DNA of 36,912 bases from Octopus bimaculoides (lineage: Eukaryota), in assembly GCF_001194135.2 (NCBI RefSeq), contig NC_068981.1, positions 148,501,124-148,538,035 of the forward strand, written 5' to 3'. Within the stretch, counting starts at the first letter, position 1; each line of letters starts with the position of its first letter. A program made the translations under genes and the position numbers. The notes below the pieces were generated by a model, which worked only from the letters and a program-made list of their open reading frames with translations, did not search any database and was not told the DNA's origin. Below are positions 10,501 to 21,603 of the stretch, piece after piece.

Positions 10501-12048
10501 ATCCTTTTATAAACTAAATGCACGGAACACATAGATAATTATATAAAAACAAAATTATTTTAAAAATTATGAAAAAATAAACAATTTAAGGCAATCTTCC
10601 CAGACAAGGACGAAACCCAACAGCTAGGTCGAAACAGAGCATCCCTCCATTCTGCATTCCTGTTCCTCGTTGAACTGAAACCAGGTGCAACCAAAGGAAC
10701 CTGTAAGCATTTTCTGCGCTGGGTTGAAAAGTATCGAACGTTCTCAGAATGCTGCTGTTTTATTCTGTGATAAATCATTCATAAGGTTTTCACCAACATT
10801 CTATCGTTTGTTTTTTGTAAATCAACCCTAAATCTTCCTCATGGTACAGGAGATCGTTATCGCCATCAAGTTTGTAAAACTCAGCTCTGATCTGAAGTAA
10901 ATGTTCTTCCTTCGAAAGACATTACACTTCATATTATCCCTTGGAATAGGTCCTTTTCCTGTGCTTTATGCACCTTTTGCTTTCACTCCGCGTTTCTGCC
11001 CTTTCTTCTTTTCCCCCCATTACTTTTCAGCCTCTGTCTGAATCCTATCGTTGCAAATGGACAGCGTGGTCTAATTCCATATCTTCGACTGATGATGCTG
11101 TTGAACCAGCAGCCGTTGCTTGCTGTTAACTTGTCCTTAATGTTGCTGTTTTTTCTTGGTGCTTTTTTTTCTTTTAGCTTCCCATGTCCTGGGCTTTGTG
11201 ACTTACACAGCCAGTCTCATGGACTTTCATTCTGTTCAGAATTGCACTATGATCTTCAGGAGTCATTAGAGCATGTATTGATTCACACCCAATTACATGT
11301 TAACCACATACTATTTTTGGTTATTTCGGCGCTCATACCTGTCTGTACTGCACTACAGATGAAACAATGAGCTAGGAGTCTCTAATATCCTTTACTGTAA
11401 CCCTGAAGTTGCACTGCCGAACGTATTATAATACAAGCTTTTGGGCTTTGTGTAATGCATTAATTAGCTCGGCCTATTTCCTCACCTCGTTTTCTGTTTC
11501 GCATATTACATTTAGGATTCCAGGCATAAAAAAACAACAATGGGTGTTAGAGATGTTATACCAAACTGCTTGCATTTTCCTTTTTGTGTGCATACATACC
11601 CTCTAGATCCTGACAAACATTACACGACGACAACGACGAAGAAGGAAAAAGGAGGAGGAGGAGGAGGAGGGGGGAGGGGGAGGACAGAAACGAGCATTAT
11701 TTTCAGCAATTAAAGCCAGGTATAACAACAACAGCAACAAAAACACGCACAGCTTACGCATGCACCAAGTAAACAATGGCGTGTTCGAGTTTATGAGCAA
11801 GATAACATGGGGTGAAAAAGTTTGCTTAGTTTAAACTGTGTAGCAAGGGAAAATACTTCTGTCCCTTATGAATCATCCAGAAAAAAAATTAGAAAATAAA
11901 TTCACCTCTACATCGCGAAAGGACTTTTGTACATCTTTCACTAAATAAATTATAATTAATCGCACACGCTCAATACATGCATACATGATTGCAAACTGTG
12001 TGTGTATGTGTGTGTGTTTGTGTTTGTGCGCGCCAACGNNNNNNNNNN

Positions 12049-12105
<57 letters not shown>

Positions 12106-12789
12106 ATCTTACCCAACTACTAATCAATTTGCATACCTACTTATGTATCCACATTTATAGCATGTACGCGTACATGCATGCATGCATACATTAATACGTA
12201 CATACATAATCACTTCTCGGAAAGTAACATTCTATATTATGGAATATTTCAACTACTGAATGAAGGTAAGATTACATAAGAATATTTTTACCTAATTATT
12301 TAAGCATTGCAATACTCTTTACCATACAACAAATTTAAAAAATCCCACCAAGTATCGGAGAAAACTTTGTACGCATTGCAGCCTAACAGCAAAGTATGTA
12401 TGCTCAGATACAACTATCTTTATCTTAGAGAAAAGAAATATCAAGCTGTGACTACCTTTAAATTTAATTATGACTAACATACGTCGAATCTTTCACGAAT
12501 GATCGTCTGTTTAAGATTAAATTAATCGAAATCACCATTGTTAAAATAATAAGTCTCTCCTCTCAACTATAGCAAAAGTGAAACGTGGAGACATTACCTT
12601 AACAAAGAATTATATGAAATGGAATGTTTTCAGGTACATATCAAAATAACAAAGTTATAGTTTTATGCAGATAAAATAAAGATAATATTAGTTTAATTTA
12701 CTCCAAAACTTGATTTAAATCCAATAGACCTTCATGAATAGGCACTAACAAGTTTGCCTTAAATGAAACAAAATAATGATACACAGTGT

Positions 12790-12995
12790 AATAATAACAA
12801 TTCTTTCTACTATAGACACAAGTCCTGAAATTTTGGAGGAAGGGGCTAGTCGATTATACCGACCCCAGTGTTTAAGTGATACTTATTTTATCGACCTCCA
12901 AAAGCATGGAAGCCAAGGTTGACTTTTGGTGTCATTTGAACTCATAACCTCACAAAACGCTTAGCGGCATTTTGTCGGGCGTGGTGACGGTTTCA
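12790..12995 (-). mobile_element. Degenerate family A SINE
   Basis: ttctttctactatagacacaagtcctgaaatttt...gtcgattataccgaccccagtg...atttgaactca. Confidence 0.85.
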
Positions 12996-13179
12996 GTTAT
13001 CGTCAACCAAATTTACTTGCGGCTGTAGTAGAAAACACTTTCGCAAGTGCCGCACAGTGGGTCTGAACCCTAGGAACAAGAACAACAAATTACGATCCTA
13101 AACCTGATGTGAGTCAGTAATCCTGTTGCTAATGCAAAGCAAGGAGCTGAAGTAACACAAGTAAAAATGACGGTTTCTT

Positions 13180-13391
13180 AGTTTTGGCACTAGGTCCACC
13201 GTTTTGGAGGGTGGGACGGAGTCGATTATATCGACTCCAGTACTTGACTGGGACTTATTTTATCAACCCCGAAGGGAGGGAAGGCTAAATCGACCTCCAC
13301 CGCGGAATCTGAACTCAGAACGTAAAGACGAAGAAAATACCGCAAAGCATTTTTGCCCAGTGTTCTAACGATTCTGCCAGCTTTCCGCCTT
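13180..13391 (-). mobile_element. Family A SINE
   Basis: ttttggcactagg...gtcgattatatcgac...ctgaactcagaacgtaaagacg...gattctgccagctttccgcctt. Confidence 0.88.
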
Positions 13392-13623
13392 CGCACAAGC
13401 AACAAATAAGAACATTTTATTTCTCACAATCTCGTAGATATGAAGTGTAACAAATAATGGATTCTGACACTATTACTAAACTACAAATGTTGCAGGAAGG
13501 AACTTTTGATTATTTCGTCCTCAGTACTTTATTCTCTATGTCCTGGAAAATTGAAAAGCGAAGCCGAAGCCAGTAAGAATATAAGAAGTGATATTTATGT
13601 TCGTTGAGTATCAGAAACAACTG

Positions 13624-14436
13624 GGATCTTTCTGATTTGACGGGCAACACTTTTCATTTATGTTTTATGTAGTGTTTTTGGTACCGAAACACTTTCAAAC
13701 TTAGTATACTTGTATATTTTGTGTTATAGAACAGATAAAAAATTTTGTATTCGAAGTTATTTCATGTAAAAAAATTGTCGTATTTCGGTAATTTCAACCA
13801 ATCACTGACGTCTATTGAGGTGAAAACAATTACTGCCGTGGAATGTAAACAACATGTTCTAACGGTGTTATGGGATCTTTTCCCTTGAATAAAAATATTG
13901 TCGTAGTTTGTCAACAACAACTATCCGTGATACTGTTATTTATGACATCGTTCGTGCGTTTGTACTGGTTTTAGCTTTAGGGTTTTAGGGTTAGGGTTCG
14001 GGTTTGAGAGTTAGGGTTAGTTTTAGGGTTACGGTTAGGGTTATGATTATTTTTGCCATAACCTCACTCATAAACCTAACCCTAACCCTAAAACCATATA
14101 ACTCATAGCCCTAACCCTAACCCCAACCCTAACCCTAAAACCCTAAACCCTTACTAGGGAATAATGATATAATTAAACAGGGAATAACACTCTTGACACC
14201 GGCAAAAATTATTGTTTACAAAAACAGCATTAACTGTATTCAGCTGAATAGACGTCAGTGATGGGCTGAAATTACAAAAATACGACAACTTTAACATGAA
14301 ATAACTTGCGATGTACAAATTTTTGTTAAGAAGGCTAAGAGAAAAAGTTGTTTTATATGACACATTCTACCAGTATCCCAAGTTTGAAAGTGTTTCGTTA
14401 AGAAAACAAGTGGTGCCCGTCAAATCAGAAAGATCC
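13624..14436. mobile_element. Non-autonomous foldback/MITE-like DNA transposon, 813 bp, 8-bp TSD
   Basis: Termini GGATCTTTCTGATTTGACGGGCA ... TGCCCGTCAAATCAGAAAGATCC; inverted similarity continues in blocks for ~200 bp. AACAACTG sits directly on both sides (13616-13623 and 14437-14444). Confidence 0.93.
13977..14152. repeat. Head-to-head degenerate telomeric arrays (TTAGGG)n then (CCCTAA)n inside the foldback element
   Basis: ttagggttttagggttagggttcggg... to ~14043, a short spacer, then ...cctaaccctaaccctaaaacc...ccctaaaccc to ~14152. Confidence 0.92.
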
Positions 14437-14451
14437 AACAACTGCAACACA

Positions 14452-14668
14452 ATTATTTCTATGATAGGCACAAGGTCTGAAATTTTGTGAGGTTGAGCTA
14501 GTCGATTACATCAGCCCCAGTACTCAACTGGTACTTATTTTACCGACCCCGAATGGATGAAAGCAAAATGTTGACTTCGGAATCATCTGAACTCAGAATG
14601 TAAAGCCGAAAGAAATACCACAAAGCGTTTTACCTGGCGCGGTAACGATTCGACCAGCTCACCGCCTT
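14452..14668 (-). mobile_element. Family A SINE
   Basis: aggcacaaggtctgaaatttt...ccccagtactcaactggtacttatttt...gaccagctcaccgcctt. Confidence 0.88.
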
Positions 14669-15104
14669 CAATTGAAACAAACCCACCTCTAAAAATTACA
14701 TTAGTTGTAACCTGAACTTGCAGCCACAACTGAAAGCCCAAACAACGTATCGTAAGTACAAACAGCTGAATAGAGTGTTCGTCAAAGACCTGATGTTTGT
14801 AGTTCAACGCAATTTCTGTAAAAAGAATAAGTTGAAAGAAGAAATGATAACTTTAACCAACAATTAATACAGACAGAAAGCTAGAACAAGAGTACTGTAA
14901 ACATGTTGAATAAAGAGCAATATGAAATAGATGACTTAGTCCGGTAAAGTGTTCAGGGAGATGTCGAATAGAAAAATCCTTAGACCTAGCTTTTTATAAC
15001 AGGATATAGGTAATAAAACTTTATACTGTAACGCCGACATTTGATCTCGTTGCATGAAAAGAGAATAAGAGATACTCTAGCTGTGCCGAAATACTTGTCA
15101 GCCT

Positions 15105-15320
15105 CTTCTCGTTGTGTGTGTTTGTCCCCCCCCCCCCAACATCGCTTGATAACTGATGATGGTGTGTTTACGTCCCCGTAACTTAGCGGTTCGGCAAAAG
15201 AGACCGATAGAATAAGTACTAGGCTTCCAAAGAATAAGTTCTGGGGTCGATTTGCTTGACTAAAGGTGCTGCTCCAGCATGGCCGCAGTCAAATGACTGA
15301 AACAAGTAAAAGGGTAAAAA
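15105..15320 (+). mobile_element. SINE-like repeat 3' portion (family D)
   Basis: gtaacttagcggttcggcaaaagagaccgatagaataagtact...ggggtcgatt...ccagcatggccgcagtcaaatgactgaaacaagtaaaag. Its 3' end matches the reverse complement of sequence at ~23866-23910, ~26750-26810 and ~36165-36220. Confidence 0.75.
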
Positions 15321-15839
15321 AGAGAAAAGAGAGAGTGCCATAGTCCATATGTTACAGATGATCACCATTATCTGGCAAAATAAAAATCTGTAAAATCTTA
15401 AAATTTTTAGAGTGGATGGTTGAAGAAAAGATGGCGCAAAGAAGATATGTTTGTTTTTCTTTTTTTTTATTATATCTTTACAAAGTTGTCACAGAGTTTA
15501 CGGACTGTGAAACTAAACATTTAAAGATCCAATCAGGAAGCGAATATAAATGTATAAACGCATATAGTTACAGATCTGAAATTCTTCATGTGACTCTACT
15601 TAGCGATTGTCTGAATACCAATGAGTGAATTTCGTTTCTAAGTTTGAAACGAGCTTCTTCTTCATTGGAGGAGTACGTTCAAAAATAAAAAAAAACATAA
15701 AGACCCAAAATACATGAAAATAAAGGTAAAATAATAAAATAAAAATAAGATAAAGAAGGAAAAATAAAAAAATAAAGACACCTACTCACATTTACACATA
15801 CATGTATACATACATACATACATACATACATACATACAT

Positions 15840-15955
15840 GGAAATAAAAATACCTTGTTGATGTTGAAATTCCAATGAAGGAGCCTTGGATCTAGGTTAG
15901 AAACCGGCTCTTTCTCTATTGGCAAGAAATCTTGAAATAAAACTGAACAATGACA
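15840..15955. repeat. ~115-bp dispersed repeat, copy 1, embedded in (TACA)n
   Basis: ttgttgatgttgaaattccaatgaaggagccttggatctaggttagaaaccggct...ggcaagaaatcttgaaataaaactgaacaatgacat recurs at ~25062-25175. Confidence 0.9.
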
Positions 15956-16399
15956 TACATACATACGTATATACATACATACACACATACATACATACAT
16001 ACATACATACATACATACATACGTATTGTCGCTTTCCGAAGTTCGCTACACTTTACGAAGCTGATTTTAAAATAGTCACTTGAAACAGATGCTTGTCTCG
16101 GTGGAGTTGACGCCCTTCAGTTGTAAGTAGTAGAAAGGTTGAAACTCAAGTAGTTTTACTTACTGTATAATTGTTGAGGAAACAACAAGTTGCCTATCTT
16201 TTTATCTATCTGTGTTTGAAATCTTTACAAAATTTCAAGATTCACTAAAGAAAACTACATATGTTTCGCACTTACTTTTGAGTACCAGCCACTAGAGAAA
16301 TTTCTTGAGGTAAATGGCGGTATTGGAGGAAAGAAAGAAACATGTTTTATGGCTGTGATCCCTCACACAAGCGGTTAATTTAGGAGACTAAGAAGAGAG

Positions 16400-16790
16400 G
16401 GGAGACAGAAAAAAAAGAGAGAGAGGGAGAGGGAAAGACAGGGTGAGAGTGCGGGTTGATTAGCAACAACGTAGAGAAATAGAGAGAGGGAAGAACAACA
16501 CAGATAAAGAGAAAGAAGGGTACAAGAAAGAGTAGGAGTGAGAGGGAGAGTGAGTGAGTGAGAGAGAGAGGAAGAGAGGGAGACAGTGAAGAAGAGTGTG
16601 GTGGGATTGGCAGTGGTGGAGTAAAGAATGGAGTGAAATACGGAAGAAAACGAAAAGAGGGAAAAATCGAAATACTTTCGTTAAGTGTCCAGAAATATGT
16701 ACATAAATATGGAAACAACTTTAAGAGGGAGAAAGAGAGGGAGAGAGAAAGAAAGGGAGACAGAGAGCCGGGGGTAGGGAGAAATAAATG
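16400..16790. repeat. GA-rich low-complexity tract
   Basis: Purine-rich (GA)n-like sequence. Confidence 0.85.
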
Positions 16791-17135
16791 AATATTAGCA
16801 CATATGCATAAGTGTGTGTATTCACAGACGTACACACGCATACACACGTGTACACGCAAAAACACACACCTAATAGTATAATCTAGAGTACATGCTAAAA
16901 ATTAAACGAAAATACACACCAAAATATCTAGAATATGTAAAAATTTATATAGAAGCAACTTAACATCTATATTTATTTCAATACACACATACACACACAT
17001 AAATATATATATATATGTATATATTAATTTATATAAGGGCATTACTATACAAGAATGCCTCACGCTAAGAGGGACTCTAAAAGTCAAACTACCATAATAA
17101 ACACATTTTTTACCGAACGCGAGGGTTAATATTGC

Positions 17136-17335
17136 TTTCAAATTTTGGCACAAGGCCAGCAGTTTCAGAGAAGGGGCTATGTCGTTTATATCGAACCCAG
17201 TGCTCAACTAGTACTTATTTTATCGAACCCGAAAGGATTAAAGACAAATTCGTCCTCAACGGAATTTGAACTCAGAACGTAAAGACAAATGAAATGCTAC
17301 TAAGCATTTCGCCCGCTATGTCAGCTTGTCGCCTT
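17136..17335 (-). mobile_element. Family A SINE
   Basis: tttcaaattttggcacaaggccagcag...cccagtgctcaactagtacttattttatcg...ggaatttgaactcagaacgtaaagac. Confidence 0.9.
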
Positions 17336-18154
17336 GACACTCCACGCCAAGTTTGAGAGCTCTGTGTACCACAACGCGAGAAAAAAATCGATACACACTT
17401 ACACGCTTATTCATCTAAGCATATACGTGTAAACAATAGGATGGAAAGAAAGTACTCAATACTGAATGCAGAGGGCTATAATTTATTGAAAGCTGAAACA
17501 TTGTAAATAGTTACGCTGAGTTCATATTGTCGAAATTCAATCCATACCAGAGAGTGCCAAGTATCCGTCCCAACAGCGGCCAGCGTGAGCACCAGATGTA
17601 TTTTGGCCCTTTTAGGCCTCTTAATGGCTCGTACTCGTACCCAGTCACGTGCTCGGACGAATATTTGTCTTTGATATAGTAAAATGTGCATGACAAATAC
17701 TGCAGTAACTGGCATATCGACAATGTTTACATTAAGTATGATACTTAGAGGGCTATTTGAAAAATAATATCGATGTTGACAATTGTGTATGTAAAATTTA
17801 GGTATCCTTAGGAAAGGAGGCAAAGATGGATTAAAACTCGAGTTATTCCAGTTTTTGTAAATTCTGCCTCTTCAGTAATTCGGCTGTGCATAATTTCGAT
17901 ATTAGTACCCGTAGGTTATTTACAGGGACCTAGTAACTCTGATCGTTCATTCAATATGTTATATCCATGAAATAATATCAATAATTTTACACTTACAGTG
18001 AAGATTTCAACAAAAATTACAGTTTACATATGAAATAATATAACCGATGATCAACCATTTTAAATATCACAGATACCTTTCCTTTTAAAATTAAAACGTG
18101 TTTGAAGAAGCTTATGACAACTATTTATTCAATTATCTATTTTTACCATTCTTA

Positions 18155-18312
18155 AGTGCTGATAAAAACGAACTTTGAAGCGACACTCAGTCAAGCTAAA
18201 ATAATTCCTGGAGTGCTGATTGTAAGACTTGAAGACCAAAGATTTGCGTTTTCGAAAGACAATTATCGTTAAGAGGGCAATTGCTTGTGGTGATGGCAAA
18301 GCAATTGCAAGT
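18155..18312 (-). mobile_element. Penelope-like retroelement GIY-YIG endonuclease remnant
   Basis: Two frames join to TCNC...SNCPLNDNCL / KSLVFKS...YFSLTECRFKVRFYQH, matching the PLE pattern CNC..CPL.G.CL...VY......YIG.TE..FK.R.YQH. Confidence 0.8.
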
Positions 18313-18407
18313 GAAGAGAGAGACTTTATATAAGATTTTAGAAAGCTTTTTGAAATTATAAAAACAAAAACACAAATACACACCATACACACATATATTC
18401 ATGTAGG

Positions 18408-18442
<35 letters not shown>

Positions 18443-18443
18443 G

Positions 18444-18480
<37 letters not shown>

Positions 18481-18506
18481 GTATACACACACACACATAT
18501 ATGTAT

Positions 18507-18547
<41 letters not shown>

Positions 18548-18562
18548 CATATATATAATATG

Positions 18563-19000
18563 CTAGCAGTATGGCCCGGCGTTGCCCGTGATTAAGTTAG
18601 GATTATTAAGCTTATCAAGCACTTTGTTTCAAATCAAACTAAGTTACACCGACGTCAAATTTGAGTGAAATCCATTGAAATTGGTAGACTTTTGGCTGAA
18701 AATGGGTTGCGGACAATTTGATTGGGAAATCCCATAAGGAATCGGTTTATCGATTTTTTTCATTCATCGATTGTTTTTTTTTTCAAAGATCCCATGAGTC
18801 CTAAGTAACGCCAGCATCAAGTTTGAACAAAATACATCAAAATTGGTAAAAGTTATTGTTGAAAATGGGGTGATTGAATGGAAAACTCCATAAGGAATCA
18901 GTTTATTGATTTTTCACCCCAAATAGGACTTAACCGAGCACAACACTGCTGATTCAAAAAATCTATATTTATACTTTAAAGTTGGTTTTCACACCCAACC
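18563..19000 (-). mobile_element. Helitron-type 3' terminal region with ~156-bp internal duplication
   Basis: Minus strand ends CGGGCAACGCCGGGCCATACTGCTAG (imperfect GC-rich hairpin then CTAG). ccataaggaatc occurs at 18732 and 18888 within duplicated blocks. Confidence 0.6.
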
Positions 19001-19017
19001 CATTTCTGCAGAATCAG

Positions 19018-19743
19018 TGTCACGACGGGAACGCATGGGTTGGGAGTTTGACCGGCAGAAGTGATCAGGTTGCACATGACGGCCCTTTCGACCCCCACTA
19101 TCATCTAACCCCCCTTGGCCCATGGGTTGGGAACTCTTCCAGCAAGGGAAATAGAACGCTCAAAAGGGCTTCCAATCCTCTCTGTCAGAAGAGGTTATGT
19201 TCAGANNNNNNNNNNNNNNNNNNNNNNNNNNNNNNNNNNNNNNNNNNNNNNNNNNNNNNNNNNNNNNNNNNNNNNNNNNNNNNNNNNNNNNNNNNNNNNN
19301 NNNNNNNNNNNNNNNNNNNNNNNNNNNNNNNNNNNNNNNNNNNNNNNNNNNNNNNNNNNNNNNNNNNNNNNNNNNNNNNAAGGATGCATCGAAGGTTTGC
19401 ATTGGAGATCTGCAGCGAAGAGGTTGACTCAAAGATTTGGATTGGATAGAGTTGCATTAGAGATCTGCATTGGAGAAGATTGATTCGAAGGTTTGCATTG
19501 GGGATCCTGATTGGAGTAACTTAGGAAGTCTTACCTACAGCCTTAACAAAAAAAAAAGGGGGCCTGGCCCTTCTAGCCTAACTCTATGAGCAACTTGGCC
19601 AAGCGCTGATATCGGCCGAGTGAGCATTGTTGTCGGAGAAGTCAGCATTGTCCAATAAAGAAGAGGAAGGGTCTATGAGTCATGTTGCCATGATTTGAGA
19701 ATATGTCCGGCCAATGCTTCCGGATCACCTGTTTATAACCACA
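19018..19743. mobile_element. Possible LTR-like insertion (partly in a gap)
   Basis: Begins TGTCACG, is GC-richer, has an internal repeat gaaggtttgcattgg (19391, 19487) and an AATAAA near 19655. No TSD found; 3' end is a guess. Confidence 0.3.
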
Positions 19744-19778
19744 TAGGCTGCAATGATGACTTGTTCTTCTTTCTACGT

Positions 19779-20145
19779 CTATAAAACTTCGTTATAGACA
19801 ACATTGCATGTTCTGCCCTGAGGAGCACACACAAAAAGAGCGTTTCTACTTCCCATACCACATAAAGTTGCCCATGTGAAAAGCACGGCTCTCCCAAATG
19901 AATGCCCGCTATCGATAGTGTTTGGTCATAGGATTTGTTGATGGACATGGCGAAGCATAGCCTCACTGGAAACTGTGATCTGTGGAAGTTAAACGGCATA
20001 TCTGACCCCGAGGAATAAAGATGCATCCTTGAAATGAAAACCTTTCCCCCCTCCTCCACCCCGTAACAATGGTGGCCTCAATAAAGTAGGGCTTCAGTGA
20101 CTTAACTACCAAGCGGGTCCCGTTGCACTGTTTTGGCGTGTACTC
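19779..20145 (-). pseudogene. Helitron RepHel PIF1-like helicase C-terminal remnant
   Basis: Joined frames give PKQCNGTRLVVKSLKPYFIEATIVTG / DMPFNFHRSQFPVRLCFAMSINKSYDQTLSIAGIHLGEPCFSHGQLYV / GSRNALFVCAPQGRTCNVVYNEVL*, matching Helitron motifs CNGTRL, FPVRLCFAMTINKSQGQ, FSHGQLYVA and NVVY.EVL; frameshifted. Confidence 0.92.
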
Positions 20146-20254
20146 TTTATCCCGTTTGAGTTTTATTAAATAATTGTGTAAAATTTTCTTAACAATAAGA
20201 TATATTGTAAATCTGCACACACACACACACACGCGCACGCACGCACGCACACAC

Positions 20255-20291
<37 letters not shown>

Positions 20292-20602
20292 ATGTTATTG
20301 TTGTTGTGATGCGTGTACTCTTTATTCCATTTGAGTTGTTGAGTGAAAAGGTACCGTTTGAGGTGTTTCACTCATTGGTTGGTAGTTTTTTTTGAGTTGG
20401 GTGGATTAAAGCAGTGATTTATTTCTGGTATCATTGTATCACCGAAGAATTTATGGCAGGAGATGAATTTCAGAGGGCGCTATTATTTGTTTTCAGTCAC
20501 AGAGTTGTCAATGATCTATTAACAGCGTTCGGTAAATTCCGTAAAAAAAATTTTATTTGTTTTTTGAACTGGAAATGTACATTTCGTTTGATGTCAGCAT
20601 AA

Positions 20603-20884
20603 AGTGAAAAAGAGAGAAAAGGACAGGGACGTGTGTATATGTGTGTGATAGAGAGAGAAGGTGTCTGTTGATGTGTGTGTGTGTGCGTGTGATGGAGAGA
20701 GAGAAAGTAGCAGCGTATATTTTAAAAATTTATTTTTCGTCGCATCTTTTTTGACTGAGAGAGAGAGAGAGAGAGTGTGTGTCTGTGTGTGTGTGATAGC
20801 GTAACGCCTCTCTCTATTTCTCTCTCTCTTAGTCAAACACACAGTAAAAAAGATGCGAGAAAAAGTAAATAAATAAAATTTACG

Positions 20885-20920
<36 letters not shown>

Positions 20921-21019
20921 CGCACAGTAACACACACTTTCTCTCTCTCTTTCCGACAACACACACGTCCCTCTCTCTCAGTCAACCACTCACACACTCA
21001 AAAAAGATCCTCTTCACTT
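20603..21019. repeat. Imperfect ~400-bp palindrome built from microsatellite blocks and unique motifs
   Basis: gggacgtgtgt (20626) / acacacgtccc (20961); gcgta (20713) / tacgc (20881); cgcatctttttt (20741) / aaaaaagatgcg (20846); centre GCG-TAA-CGC (20799-20807). Confidence 0.8.
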
Positions 21020-21524
21020 ATCGGTAAGGATATCAAACGCAATTTCGTGTCATTATCGATAATATTGATTCCACTCTAGGGGAACCAATAAGAAATTTTC
21101 CGGTATGGAACTAAAACACAACAAAACAAAACGAGACGGACAAACAAATCGATGTTTATGACTTCTGCAAGTCATCTGAGATTGATGGACTTACTGGCGT
21201 TAATGTTCTGTTTAAACTGTCAAAGGTTAGTAAATGCAGGAAATATGGAAGCATGGAGGAGATTCCAAAGTGCTGAAACTTGGCAGAGAAAGGATTGGAC
21301 ATATTGATGGGGGAAGAGTTGAGTGTGATGCTCGGACCATCGGGGATGAGTGGTGAAAAGAAGATAGGAGTGCAAGTGCATGCGTGCACACACGCACTCA
21401 CTCACACACACACGCGCACACACACACACAAACATACATACATATCTGTATGTGTGTACGTATGTATATACAAATATATATATACATTTCTTTATATAAA
21501 TATGAGTATATATTCATTTACACA

Positions 21525-21530
21525 CGCACG

Positions 21531-21600
<70 letters not shown>
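21525..21600. repeat. (CA)n microsatellite
   Basis: Directly visible. Confidence 0.97.

Positions 21601-21603
<3 letters not shown>

Noticed and set aside
13977-14152. True chromosomal telomere-fusion site
   Set aside because: The arrays are short and enclosed by TIRs with an exact 8-bp TSD, which points to transposition.
21156-21370. Protein-like ORFs near 21.2 kb
   Set aside because: No recognisable motif, stops in the plausible frames, and no clear splice sites.
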